From the NCBI GenBank assembly GCA_051313645.2, contig JBNRSN020000194.1, positions 372,001-436,000 of the forward strand: a stretch of 64,000 bases of DNA, written 5' to 3'. The notes under the pieces are model-generated. The model saw only the letters and a list, made by a program, of their open reading frames with translations, was not told the DNA's origin and did not search any database. The stretch's first letter is position 1. Every line of letters starts with the position of its first letter. Positions 15,001-30,000 of this stretch are shown here, in pieces. The translations under genes and the position numbers were made by a program. This DNA comes from Centroscyllium fabricii. Lineage: Eukaryota.

Positions 15001-18000
15001 ACCCGCCCCTGACTGAGGATACTCAGAGCACCCACCCCTGACTGAGAATACTGAGAGCACCCGCACCTGACTGAGCATACTGAGAGCACGCGCCCCTGAC
15101 TGAGAATACTTAGAGCACCTGCCCCTGACTGAGAATATTGAGAGCACCCGCCTTTGACTGATAATACTGTGAGCACCCGCCCTGTCTGAGAATACCCGGA
15201 GCACCCGCGCCTGACTGAAAATACTCGGGTCACCCGCCCCTGACTGAGAATACTCGGAGCACCCGCCACTGACTGAGAATACTAAGAGCACCCGCCCCTG
15301 GCTGAGAATACCCGGAGCACCCACCCCTGACTGAGAATAGTCAGAGCACCCGCCAATGACTGAGAATACTCGGAGCACCCGCCACCGACTGAGAATATTG
15401 AGAGCACCCGCCCCTGACTGAGATTACTCGGAGCACCCGTCCCTGTCTGAGAATACTGAGAGCACACACCCCTGACTGAGAATACTCAGAGCACCCGCCC
15501 CTGACTGAGAATACTCAGAGCACCATCCCCCTGACTGAGATTACTGAGAACACCCGCCTCTGACTGAGAATATTTGGAGTACCCGCCCCTGACTGAGAAT
15601 ACTCGGAGCACCCGCCCCTGACTGAGAATATTCAGAGCACCCACCACTGACTGAGAATACTCGGAGCACCCGACCCTGACTGAGAATACTCAGAGCACCC
15701 GCCCCTGACTGAGAATACTCAGAGCACTCGCCCCTGACTGTGAATACTTGGTGTACCCACCCCTGACTCAGAATACTTGGAGCACCCGCTCCTGACTGAG
15801 AATACTCAGGGCACCCGTCCCTGACTGAGAATACTAGGACTACGCGCCCCTGACTGAGAATACTCAGAGCACTTGCCCCTGACTAAGAATACTAGGAGCA
15901 CCCTTCCCTGACTGACAATACTCGGAGCACCCGCCTCTGACTGAGAATACTAGGAGCACCCGCCTCTGACTGAGAATACTGATAGCACCCGCCACTGACT
16001 GAGAATACTCGGAGCTCCCGCCCCTGTCTGAGAATACTCGGAGCACCCGCCCCTGACTGAGAATATTCAGAGCACCCACTCCTGACTGAGAATACTCTGA
16101 GCTCCCGACCCTGACTGAGAATACTCAGAGCACCCGCCCTTGACTGAGAATACTCAGAGCACTCGCCCCTGACTGCGAATACTTGGTGTACCCGCCCCTG
16201 ACTCAGAATACTTGGAGTACCCATCCCTGACTGAGAATACTCAGGGCACCCGTCCCTGACTGAGAATACTAGGACTACCCGCCCCTGACTGAGAATACTC
16301 AGAGCACCTGCCCCTGACTAAGAATACTAAGAGCACCCGTCCCTGACTGAGAATACTCAGAGTACCCGACCCTAACTGAGGATACTCAGAGCAGTCACCC
16401 CTGACTGATGATACTGAGAGCACACGCCCCTGACTGAGGATATTGGAGCACCCGCCCCTGACACAGAATACTCGGAGTACCCGCACATGACTGAGGATAC
16501 TGAAAGCACCCGCCCCTGACTGAGGAGACTCAGGGCACTCGCCCCTGACAGAGAAAACTGAGAGCACCTGCCCCTGACTGAGAATACTCAGAGCACTTGC
16601 CCTTGACTGAGAGTGCTGAGAGCTCCCGCCCCTGACTGAGAATACTCGGAGCACCCGTCCCTGACTGAGGATACTCAGAGTACCCGCCCCTGACTGAGGA
16701 TACTCAGAGCACCCGCCCCTGACTGAGAATACTCGGAGTACCCGTCCCAGACTGAGGATATTCAGAGTACCCGCCCCTGACTGAGGATACTCAGAGCACC
16801 CGCCCCTGACTGAGAATACTCGGTGCACCAGCCTCTGACTGAGAATAATCGGGGCACCCGCCCCTGAATGAGAATACTCAGACCACTCACCCCTGACTGA
16901 GAATACTCAGAACACCCGCCCCTGACTGAGTATACTGAGAGCGCCCACCCCTGACTGAGAATACTCGGAGCACCCGCCCCTGACTGAAAATATTCGGAGA
17001 ACCCGCCCCTGACTTAGAACAATCGGAGCACCCGCCCCTGACAGAGAATACTCGGAGCACCCGCCCATGACTCAGAATGCCTTTGGCACCCGGCGTGACT
17101 GAGAATACTCGGAGCTCCCACCCCTGACTGAGTATACTCAGAGCACCCGCCCCTGACTGAGAATACTTGGAGCTCCCGCCCCAGACTGAATATACTCGGA
17201 GCACCCGCTTCTGACTGAGAATAGTCGGAGCACACACCCCTGACTGAGAAAACTTGGAGCACCCGCCCCTGACTGAGAATATTCGGAGCAGTAGCCCCTG
17301 ACTGAGAATACTGAGAGCACACGCCCCTGACTGAGGATACTCAGAGCACCCACCCCTGACTGAGAATACTGAGAGCACCCGCACCTGACTGAGCATACTG
17401 AGAGCATGCGCCCCTGACTGAGAATACTTAGAGCACCTGCCCCTGACTGAGAATATTGAGAGCACCCGCCTTTGACTGATAATACTGTGAGCACCCGCCC
17501 TGTCTGAGAATACCCGGAGCACCCACCCCTGACTGAAAATACTCGGGTCACCCGCCCCTGACTGAGAATACTCGGAGCACCCGCCACTGACTGAGAATAC
17601 TGAGAGCACCCGCCCCTGGCTGAGAATACCCGGAGCACCCACCCCTGACTGAGAATAGTCAGAGCACCCGCCAATGACTGAGAATACTCGGAGCACCCGC
17701 CACCGACTGAGAATATTGAGAGCACCCGCCCCTGACTGAGATTACTCGGAGCACCCGTCCCTGTCTGAGAATACTGAGAGCACACACCCCTGACTGAGAA
17801 TACTCAGAGCACCCGCCCCTGACTGAGAATACTCAGAGCACCACCCCCCTGACTGAGATTACTGAGAACACCCGCCTCTGACTGAGAATATTTGGAGTAC
17901 CCGCCCCTGACTGAGAATACTCGGAGCACCCGCCCCTGACTGAGAATATTCAGAGCACCCACCACTGACTGAGAATACTCGGAGCACCCGACCCTGACTG

Positions 18001-21000
18001 AGAATACTCAGAGCACCCGCCCCTGACTGAGAATAATCAGAGCACTCGCCCCTGACTGTTAATACTTGGTGTACCCACCCCTGACTCAGAATACTTGGAG
18101 TACCCGCCCCTGACTGAGAATACTCAGGGCACCCGTCCCTGACTGAGAATACTAGGACTACCCGCCCCTGACTGAGAATACTCAGAGCACCTGCCCCTGA
18201 CTAAGAATGCTAGGAGCACCCTTCCCTGACTGAGAATACTCGGAGCACCCGCCTCTGACTGAGAATACTAGGAGCACCCGCCTCTGACTGAGAATACTGA
18301 TAGCACCCGCCACTGACTGAGAATACTTGGAGCTCCCGCCCCTGTCTGAGAATACTCGGAGCACACGCCCCTGACTGAGAATATTCAGTGCACCCACCCC
18401 TGACTGAGAATACTCTGAGCTCCCGACCCTGACTGAGAATACTCAGAGCACCCGCCCCTGACTGAGTATACTCAGAGCACTCGCCCCTGACTGCGAATAC
18501 TTGGTGTACCCGCCCCTGATTCAGAATACTTGGAGTACCCGTCCCTGACTGAGAATACTCAGGGCACCCGTCCCTGACTGAGAATACTAGGACTACCCGC
18601 CCCTGACTGAGAATACTCAGAGCACCTGCCCCTAACTAAGAATACTAAGAGTACCCGTACCTGACTGAGAATACTAGGAGCACCCGCCTCTGACTGAGAA
18701 TACTAGGAGCACCCGCCTCTGAATGTGAATACTGAGAGTACCCGCCACTGACTGAGAATACTCGGAGCTCCCGCCCCTGACTCAGAATACTTGGATTACC
18801 CGCCCCTGACAGAGAATACTCGGAGCTCCCGCCCCTGACTGAGAATACTTGGAGCACACACCCCTGACTCAGAATACTCGCAGCACATACCCCTGACTGA
18901 GAATACTCGGGTCACCCGCCCATGACTGAGAATACTCGGAGCACCTGCCCCTGACTGAGAATACTCGGAGCACCCGTCCCTGACTGAGAATGCTCGGAGC
19001 ACCCAACCCTGACTGATAATACTTGGAGCACCCACCCCTGACTGAGAATACTTGGAGTAACCGCCCCTGATTGAGAATATTCGGAGCACCCGCCCCTGAC
19101 TGAGAATACTGAGAGTACCCGCTCCTGACTGAGGATACTGAGAGCACACGCCGCTGACTGAGAATACTCAGAGTACCCGCCCCTGACTGAGTATATTCAG
19201 AGCATTCGCCCCTGACTGAGGATACTCGGAGCACCCGCCCCTGACAGAGAATACTTGGAGTACCCGCCCCTGACTGATGATACTGAGAGCACTCGCCCCT
19301 GACTGAGGATACTTGGAGCACCTGCCTCTGACTGAGAATACTTGGAGCACCCGCCCATGACTGAGAATACTCGGAGTACCCGCACCTGACTGAGGATACT
19401 GAGAGCACCCACCCCTGACTGAGGATACTCAGGGCACTCGCCCCTGACAGAGAAAACTCAGAGTACCCGCCCCTGACTGAGGAGACTCAGAGTACCCGCC
19501 CCTGACTGAGGATACTCAGAGCACCCGCCCCTGACTGAGAATACTCGGAGCACCAGCCTCTGACTGAGAATAATCGGGGCACCCGCCCCTGAATGAGAAT
19601 ACTCAGACCACTCACCCCTGACTGAGAATACTCAGAGCACCCGCCCCTCACTGAGAATACTGAGAGCACCCGCCCCTCACTGAGAATACTCGGAGCACCC
19701 GCCCCTGATGAGAATACTCGGAGCACCCGCCCCTGACTTAGAATAATCGGAGCACCCGCCCCTGACTGAGAATACTTGGAGCACCCGCCCCTGACTGATA
19801 CTACTCGGATCACAGGCCTTTGACTGAGAATCCTTTGGCACCCGGCGTGACTGAGAATACTCGGAGCTCCCACCCCTGACTGAGTATACTCAGAGCACCC
19901 GCCCCTGACTGAGAATACTCTGAGCTCCCGCCCCTGACTGAGTGTACTCGGAGCACCCGCCCCTGACTGAGAATACTCGGAGCACACACCCCTGACTGAG
20001 AATACTTGGAGCACCCGCCTCTGACTGTGAATATTCGGAGCACTCGCCCCTGACTGAGAATACTGAGAGCACCCGCCCCTGACTGAGGATTGTCAGAGCA
20101 CCCACCCCTGACAGAGAATACTGAGAGCACCCGCACCTGACTGAGCATACTGAGAGCACGTGCCCCTGACTGAGAATACTTAGAACAACTGCCCCTGACT
20201 GAGAATATTGAGATCACCAGCTCCTGACTGAGAATACTGTGAGCACCCGCCCCTGACTGAGAATACTAGGAGCACCCGACCCTGACTGAGAATACTCGGA
20301 GCACCCGTCCCTGACTGAGAATACTCAGAGCACGCAACACTGACTGATAATACTTGGAGCACACGCCCCTGACTGAGAATACTTGTAGTACCCGCCCGTG
20401 ATTGAGAATTTTCGGAGCACCCGCCCCTGACTGAGAATACTCAGAGTACCCGCCCCTGACTGAGGATACTGAGAGCACCCGCCCCTGACTGAGAATACTC
20501 AGAGTATCCGCCACTGACTGAGGATACTCAGAGCAGTCGCCCCTGACTGAGAATACTCGGAGCACCCAACCCTGACTGATAATACTTGGAGCACCCACCC
20601 CTGACTGAGAATACTTGGAGTAACCGCCCCTGATTGAGAATATTCGGAGCACCCGCCCCTGACTGAGAATACTGAGAGTACCCGCCCCTGACTGAGGATA
20701 CTGAGAGCACACGCCGCTGACTGAGAATACTCAGAGTACCCGCCCCTGACTGAGTATATTCAGAGCATTCGCCCCTGACTGAGGATACTCGGAGCACCCG
20801 CCCCTGACTGAGAATACTTGGAGTACCCGCCCCTGACTGATGATACTGAGAGCACTCGCCCCTGACTGAGGATACTTGGAGCACCTGCCTCTGACTGAGA
20901 ATACTTGGAGCAGCCGCCCATGACTGAGAATACTCGGAGTACCCGCACCTGACTGAGGATACTGAGAGCACCCACCCCTGACTGAGGATACTCAGGGCAC

Positions 21001-24000
21001 TCGCCCCTGACAGAGAAAACTCAGAGTACCCGCCCCTGACTGAGGAGACTCAGAGTACCCGCCCCTGACTGAGGATACTCAGAGCACCCGCCCCTGACTG
21101 CGAATACTCGGAGCACCAGCCTCTGACTGAGAATAATCGGGGCACCCGCCCCTGAATGAGAATACTCAGACCACTCACCCCTGACTGAGAATACTCAGAG
21201 CACCCGCCCCTCACTGAGAATACTGAGAGCACCCGCCCCTCACTGAGAATACTCGGAGCACCCGCCCCTGACTGAGAATACTCGGAGCACCTGCCCCTGA
21301 CTTAGAATAATCGGAGCACCCGCCCCTGACTGAGAATACTTGGAGCACCCGTCCCTGACTGATACTACTCGGATCACAGGCCTTTGACAGAGAATGCCTT
21401 TGGCACCCGGCGTGACTGAGAATACTCGGAGCTCCCACCCCTGACTGAGTATACTCAGAGCACCCGCCCCTGACTGAGAATACTCAGAGCTCCCGCCCCT
21501 GACTGAGTGTACTCGGAGCACCCGCCCCTGACTGAGAATACTCGGAGCACACACCCCTGACTGAGAATACTTGGAGCACCCGCCTCTGACTGTGAATATT
21601 CGGAGCACTCGCCCCTGACTGAGAATACTGAGAGCACCCGCCCCTGACTGAGGATTGTCAGAGCACCCACCCCTGACAGAGAATACTGAGAGCACCCGCA
21701 CCTGAATGAGCATACTGAGAGCACGTGCCCCTGACTGAGAATACTTAGAACAACTGCCCCTGACTGAGAATATTGAGATCACCCGCTCCTGACTGAGAAT
21801 ACTGTGAGCACCCGCCCCTGACTGAGAATACTAGGAGCACCCGACCCTGACTGAGAATACTCGGAGCACCCGTCCCTGACTGAGAATACTCAGAGCACGC
21901 AACACTGACTGATAATACTTGGAGCACACGCCCCTGACTGAGAATACTTGGAGTACCCGCCCCTGATTGAGAATTTTCGGAGCACCCGCCCCTGACTGAG
22001 AATACTCAGAGTACCCGCCCCTGACTGAGGATACTGAGAGCACCCGCCCCTGACTGAGAATACTCAGAGTACCCGCCACTGACTGAGGATACTCAGAGCA
22101 GTCGCCCCTGACTGAGGATACTCGGAGCACCCGCCCCTGACTGAGAATACTCGGAGAACCCGCCCCTGACTGATGATACTGAGAGCACTCGCCCCTGACT
22201 GAGGATGCTTGGAGCACCTGCCTCTGACTGAGAATACTTGGAGCACCCGCACCTGACTGAGAATACTCGGAGTACCCGCAACTGACTGAGGATACTGAGA
22301 GCTCCCGCCCCTGACTGAGGATACTCAGGGCACTCGCACCTGACAGAGAAAACTCAGAGTACCCGCCCCTGACTGAGGAGACTCGGAGCCCTTGCCCATG
22401 ACTGAGAATATTGAGAGCACCCGCCCCTGACTGAGAATACTCGGAGTACCCGTCCCTGACTGAGGATACGTAGAGTACCCGCCCCTGACTGAGGATACTC
22501 AGAGCACCCGCCCCTGACTGAGAATACTCGGATCACCAGCATCTGACTGAGAATAATCGGGGCACCCGCCCCTGAATGAGAATACTCGGAGTACCCGACC
22601 CTGACTGATACTACTCGGAGCACCCGCCCCTGAATCAGAATGCTTTTGGCACCCGGCGTGACTGAGAATACTCGGAGCTCCCACCCCTGACTGAGTAAAC
22701 TTGGAGCACCCACCCCTGACTGAGAATACTCGGAGCACACACCCCTGACTGAGTATACTCGGAGCACCCGCCCCTGACTGAGAATACTCGGAGCACACAC
22801 CCCTGACTGAGGATACTTGGAGCACCCGCCCCTGACTGAGAATATTCGGAACACTCGCCCCTGACTGAGAATACTGAGAGCACCCGCCCCTGACTGAGGA
22901 TACTCAGAGCACCCACCCCTGACTAAGAACACTGTGAGCACCCGCGCCTGACTGAGCATACTGAGAGCACGCGCCCCTGACTGAGAATACTTAGAGCACC
23001 TGCCTCTGACTGAGAATATTGAGAGCACCCACTCCTGACTGAGAATACTGTGAGCACCCGCACCTGACTGAGAATACTAGGAGCACACGCACATGACTGA
23101 GAATACTCGGAGCTCCCGCCCCTGACTCAGAATACTGAGAGCACCCGCCCCTGACTGAGAATACTCGGAGCACCCGCCCCTGACTGAGAATACTGAGAGC
23201 ACCAGCACCTGATGGAGAATACTGAGAGCACACGCCCCTGACTGAGAATAACCGGAGCACCCGCCCCTGACTGAGAATAATGAGAGCACCCGCCCCTGAC
23301 TGAGAATACTCGGAGTACCCGCCTCTGACTGAGAATATTCGGAGCACCCGCACTTGACTGAGAATACTCGGAGCACCCGCCCCTGACTTAGAATAATCGG
23401 AGCACACGCCCCTGACTGAGAATACTCGGAGCACCCGCCCCTGACTGATAATACTCGGAGCACCCGTCCCTGACTCAGAATGCCTTTGGCACCCGGCGTG
23501 ACTGAGAATACTCTGAGCTCCCACCCCTGACTTAGTATACTCAGAGCAACCGCCCCTGACATGAGAATACTCGGAGCTCCCGCCCATGACTGAGTATACT
23601 CGGAGCACCCGCCCCTGACTGAGAATACTCGGAGCACACACCCCTGACTGATAATATTTAGAACACCCGCCCCGACTGAGAATATTCGGAGCACTCGCCC
23701 CTGACTGAGAATACTGAGAGCACCCGCCCCTGACTGAGGATACTCAGAGCATTCACCCATGACTGAGAATACTGAGAGTACCCGCACATGACTGAGCATA
23801 CTGAGAGCACGCGTCCCTGACTGAGAATACTTAGAGCACCTGCACCTGACTGAGAATATAGAGAGCACCCGCTCCTGACTGAGAATACTGTGAGCACCCG
23901 CCCCTGACTGAGAATACTCGGAGCACACGCCCCTGACTGTGAATACTCGGAGCTCCCGCCCCTGACTCAGAATAATAAGAGCACCCGCCCCTAACTGACA

Positions 24001-27000
24001 ATACTCGGTGCGCCCGCCCCTGACTGAGAATACTGAGAGCACCAGCCCCTGACTGAGAATACTGAGAGCACCCGACCCTGACTGAGAATACCCGGAGCAC
24101 CCGCCCCTGACTGAGAATAGTGAGAGCACACGCCCCTGACTGAGAATATTCGGAGCACCCGCCCCTGACTGAGAATACTCGGAGCACCCGCCCCTGACTT
24201 AGAATAATCGGAGCACCCGCCCCTGACTGAGAATACTCGGAGCACCCGCCCCTGACTGATACTACTCGGAGCAACCGCGCCTGACTCAGAATGCCTTTGG
24301 CACCCGGCGTGACTGAGAATACTCGGAGCTCCCACCCCTGACTGAGTATACTCAGAGCACCCGCCACTGACTGAGAATACTCGGAGCTCCCACCCATGAC
24401 TGAGTATACTCGGAGCACGCGCCCCTGACTGAGCATACTCGGAGCACACACCCCTGACTGAGAATACTTGGAGCACCCGCCCCTGACTGAGAATACTCGG
24501 AGCACACACCCCTGACTGAGAATACTTGGAGCACCCGCACCTGACTGAGAATATTTGGAGCACTCGCCCCTGACTGAGAATACTGAGATCACCCACCCCT
24601 GACTGAGGATACTCAGAGCACCCACCCCTGACTGAGAATACTGAGAGCACCCGCACCTGACTGAGCATACTGAGAGCACGCGCCCCTGACTGAGAATACT
24701 TAGAGCACCTGCCCCTTACTGAGAATATTGAGAGCACCCGCTCCTGACTGAGAATACTGTGAGCATCCGCCCCTGACTGAGAATACTCGGAGCACACGCC
24801 CCTGACTGTGAATACTCGGAGCTCCCGCCCCTGACTCAGAATAATGAGAGCACCCGCCCCTAACTGAGAATACTCGGAGCACCATCCCCTGACTGAGAAT
24901 ACTGAGAGCACCAGCCCCTGACTGAGAATACTGAGAGCACCAGCCCCTGACTGAGAATACCCGGAGCACCCGCCCCTGACTGAGAATAGTGAGAGCACCC
25001 GCCCCTGACTGAGAATATTCGGAGTACCCGCCCCTGACTGAGAATACTCGGACCACCCACCCCTGACTGAGAATGTTTGGAGCACCCGCCCCTGACTGAG
25101 AATACTCGAAGTACCCGCCCCTGACTGAGAATACTCGGAGTACCCACCACTGATTTAGAATACTCACAGCACTCGACCCTGACAGAAAATACTCGGAGTA
25201 CCCGCCCCTGACTGAGAATAATCGGAGTACCTGCCCCTGACTGAGAATACTCGGAGCACCCGACCTGACTGAGAATACTCAATGCCCCGCCCCTGACTGA
25301 GGATACTGAGAGCACCCGCCCCTGACTGAGAATACTCGGAGCACCTGCCCCTGAATGAGAATACTCAGAGCACCCACCCCTTACTGAGAATACTCAAAGC
25401 ACCAACCACTGACTGAGAATACTGTGAGTACCCGCCTCCGAATGAGAATAGTCGGGGCACCCGCCCCTGACTGAGAATACTCGGAGCACCCGCCCCTGAC
25501 TGAGAATACTCAAAGCACCCGCCAATGACTTAGGATACTGAGAGCACCCGCCCCTGACTGAGAATACTCGGTGCACACACCCCTGACTGAGGATACTTGG
25601 AGCACCCGCCCCTGACTGAGAATATTCGGAACACTCGTCCCTGACTGAGAATACTGAGAGCACACGCCCCTGACTGAGGATACTCAGAGCACCCACCCCT
25701 GACTAAGAAAACTGAGAGCACCCGCACCTGACTGAGCATACTGAGAGCACGCGCCCCTGACTGAGAATAATTAGAGCACCTGCCTCTGACTGAGAATATT
25801 GAGAGCACCCGCTCCTGACTGAGAATACTGTGAGCACACGCCGCTGAATGAGAGTACTCGGAGCACACGCCCCTGACTGAGAATACTCGGAGCTCCTGCC
25901 CCTGACTCAGAATACTGAGAGCACCCACCCCTGACTGAGAATACTCGGAGCACCCGCCCCTGACTAAGAATACTGAGAGCACCAGCCCCTGACTGAGAAT
26001 ACTGAGAGCGCCCGCCCCTGACTGAGAATACCCGGAGCACCCGCCCCTGACTGAGAATAGTGAGAGCACCCGCCCCTGACTGAGAATACTCGGAGTACCC
26101 GCACCTGACTGAGAATATTCGGAGCACACGCCCCTGACTGAGAATACTCGGAGCACCTGCCCCTGACATAGAATAATCGGAGCACCCGCCCCTGACTGAG
26201 AATACTCAGAGCACCCGCACCTGACTGATACTACTCGGAGCACCCGCCCCTGACTCAGAATGCCTTTGGCACCCGGCGTGACTGAGAATACTCGGACCTC
26301 CCACCCCTGACTGAGTATACTCAGAGCACCCGCCCCTGACTGAGAATACTCGGAGCTCCCGCCCATGACTGAGTATACTCGGAGCACCCGCCCCTGACTG
26401 AGAATACTCGGAGCACACACCCCTGACTGAGAATACTTGGAGCACCCGACCCTGACCGAGAATACTCGGAGCACACACCCCTGACTGAGAATACTTGGAG
26501 CACCCGCCCCTGACTGAGAATATTCGGAGCACTCGCCCCTGACTGAGAATACTGAGAGCACCCACCTCTGACTGAGGATACTCAGAGCACCCACCCCTGA
26601 CTGAGAATACTGAGAGCACCCGCACCTGACTGAGCATACTGAGAGCACGCGCCCCTGACTGAGAATACTTAGAGCACCTGCCCCTGACTGAGAATATTGA
26701 GAGCACCCGCTCCTGACTGAGAATACTGTGAGCATCCGCCCCTGACTGAGAATACTCGGAGCACACGCCCCTGACTGTGAATACTCGGAGCTCCCGCCCC
26801 TGACTCAGAATAATGAGAGCACCCGCCCCTAAGTGAGAATACTCGGAGCACCCGCCCCTGACTGAGAATACTGAGAGCACCAGCCCCTGACTGAGAATAC
26901 TGAGAGCACCCGCCCCTGACTGAGAATACCCGGAGCACCCGCCCCTGACTGAGAATAGTGAGAGCACCCGCCCCTGACTGAGAATACTCGGAGTACCCGC

Positions 27001-30000
27001 CCCTGACTGAGAATACTCGGAGCACCCGCACCTGACTGATACTACTCGGAGCACCCGCCCCTAAATAAGAATGCCTTTGGCACCCGGCGTGACTGAGAAT
27101 ACTCGGACCTCCCACCCCTGACTGAGTATACTCAGAGCACCCGCCCCTGACTGAGAATACTCGGAGCTCCCGCCCATGACTGAGTATACTCGGAGCACCC
27201 GCCCCTGACTGAGAATACTCGGAGCACACAACCCTGACTGAGAATACTTGGTGCACCCGCCCCTGACTGAGAAAATTCGGAGCACTCGCCCCTGACTGAG
27301 AATACTGAGAGCACCCGCCCCTGACTGAGAATATCCGGAGCACCCGCCCCTGACTGAGAATAGTGAGAGCACCCGCCCCTGACTGAGAATACTCGGAGTA
27401 CCCGCCCCTGACTGAGAATATTCGGAGCACCCGCACCTGACTGAGAATACTCGGAGCACCCGCCCCTGATTTAGAATAATCGGAGCACCCGCCACTGACT
27501 GAGAATACTCGGAGCACCCGCCCCAACTCAGAATGCCTTTGGCACCCGGCGTGATTGAGAATACTCGGAGCTCCCACCCCTGACTGAGTATACTCAGAGC
27601 ACCCGCCCCTGACTGAGATTACTCGGAGCACACACCCCTGACTGATAATACTTGGAGCACCCGCCCCTAACTGAGAATATTCGGAGCACTCGCCCCTGAC
27701 TGAGAATACTGAGAGCACCCGCCCCTGACTGAGGATACTCAGAGCACCCACCCCTGAATGAGAATACTGAGAGCACCCGCACCTGACTGAGCATACTGAG
27801 AGCACGCGCCCCTGACTGAGAATACTTAGAGCACCTGCCCCTGACTGAGAATATTGAGAGCACCCGCTCCTGACTGAGAATACTGTGAACACCCGCCCCT
27901 GACTGAGAATACTCGGAGCACACGCCCCTGACTGTGAATACTCGGAGCTCCCGCCCCTGACTCAGAATAATGAGAGCACCCGCCCCTAACTGAGAATACT
28001 CGGAGCACCCGCCCCTGACTGAGAATACTCGGAGCACACGCCCCTGACTGAGAATACTCGGAGCTCCCGCCCCTGACTCAGAATACTGAGAGCACCCACC
28101 CCTGACTGAGAATACTCAGAGCACCCGCCCCTGACTGAGAATACTGAGAGCACCCGCCCCTGACTGAGAATACCCGGAGCACCCGCCCCTGAATGAGAAT
28201 AGTGAGAGCACCCGCCCCTGACTGAGAATACTCGGAGTACCCGCCCATGATTGAGAATATTCCGAGCACACGCCCATGACTGAGAATACTCGGAGCACCC
28301 GCCCCTGACTTAGAATAATCGGAGCACCCGCCCCTGACTGAGAATACTCGGAGCACCCGCCCCTGACTGATACTACTCGGAGCACCCGCCCCTGACTCAG
28401 AATGCCTTTGGCACCCGGCGTGACTGAGAATACTCGGACCTCCCACCCCTGACTGAGTATACTCAGAGCACCCGCCCCTGATTGAGAATACTCGGAGCTC
28501 CCGCCCATGACTGAGTATACTCGGAGCACCCGCCCCTGACTGAGAATACTCGGAGCACACACCCCTGACTGAGAATACTTGGAGCACCCGCCCCTGACTG
28601 AGAAAATTCGGAGCACTCGCCCCTGACTGAGAATACTGAGAGCACCCGCCCCTGACTGAGAATAACCGGAGCACCCGCCCCTGACTGAGAATAGTGAGAG
28701 CACCCGCCCCTGACTGAGAATACTCGGAGTACCCACCCCTGACTGAGAATATTCGGAGCACCCGCCCTGACTGAGAATATTCAATGCACCCGCCCCTGAC
28801 TGAGGATAATGAGAGCACCCGCCCCTGACTGAGAATACTCGGAGCACCTGCCCCTGAATGAGAATACTCAGAGCACCCACCCCTTACTGAAAATACTCAA
28901 AGCACCCACCTCTGACTGAGAATACTGTGAGTACCCGCCTCTGAATGAGAATACTCGGGGCACCCGCCCCTGACTGAGAATACTCGGAGTACCCGCACCT
29001 GACTGAGTATACTCGGACCACCCGCCCCTGACTGAGAATGGTTGGAGCTCCCGCCCCTGACTGAGAATACTCAGAGTACCCGCCCCTGACTGAGAATACT
29101 CGGAGTACCCACCACTGACTGAGAATACTCAGAGCACTCACCCCTGACTGAAAATACTCGGAGTACCCGCCCCTGACTGAGAATACACGGAGTACCTGCC
29201 CCGACTGAGAATACTTGGAGCACCTGCCCTGACTGCGAATACTCAATGCACCCGCACCTGACTGAGAATACTCGGGCCACCCGCCCCTGACTGAGAATAC
29301 TCGTGTCACCCGCCCCTGACTGAGAATACTCGGAGCACCCGCCCCTGACTGAGAATACTCGGAGCACCCGTCCCTGACTGAGAATACTCGGAGCACGCAA
29401 CACTGACTGATAATACTTGGAGCACCCGCCCCTGACTGAGAATACTTGGAGTACCCGCCCCTGATTGAGAATATTCGGAGCCACCGCCCCTGACTGAGAA
29501 TAATGAGAGTACCCGCCCCTGACTGAGGATACTGAGAGCACCCGCCCCTGACTGAGAATACTCAGAGTTCCCGCCACTGACTGAGGATACTCAGAGCAGT
29601 CGCACCTGACTGAGGATACTCGGAGCACCTGCCCCTGACTGAGAATACTCGGAGTACCCGCCCCTGACTGATGATACTGAGAGCACTCGCCCCTGACTGA
29701 GGATAATTGGAGCACCCGCGCCCGACTGAGAATACTCGGAGTACCCGCACATGACTGAGGATACTGAGAGAACCCGCCCCTGACTGAGTATACTCAGGGC
29801 ACTCGCCCCTGACAGAGAAAACTCAGAGTACCCACCCCTGACTGAGGAGATTCAGAGCACTTGCCCTTGACTGAGAATACTGAGAGCACCAACCCCTGAC
29901 TGAGAATACTCGGAGTACCCGTACCTGACTGAGGATACTCAGAGTACCCGCCCCTGACTGAGGATACTGAGAGCACCCGCCCCTGACTGAGAATACTCGG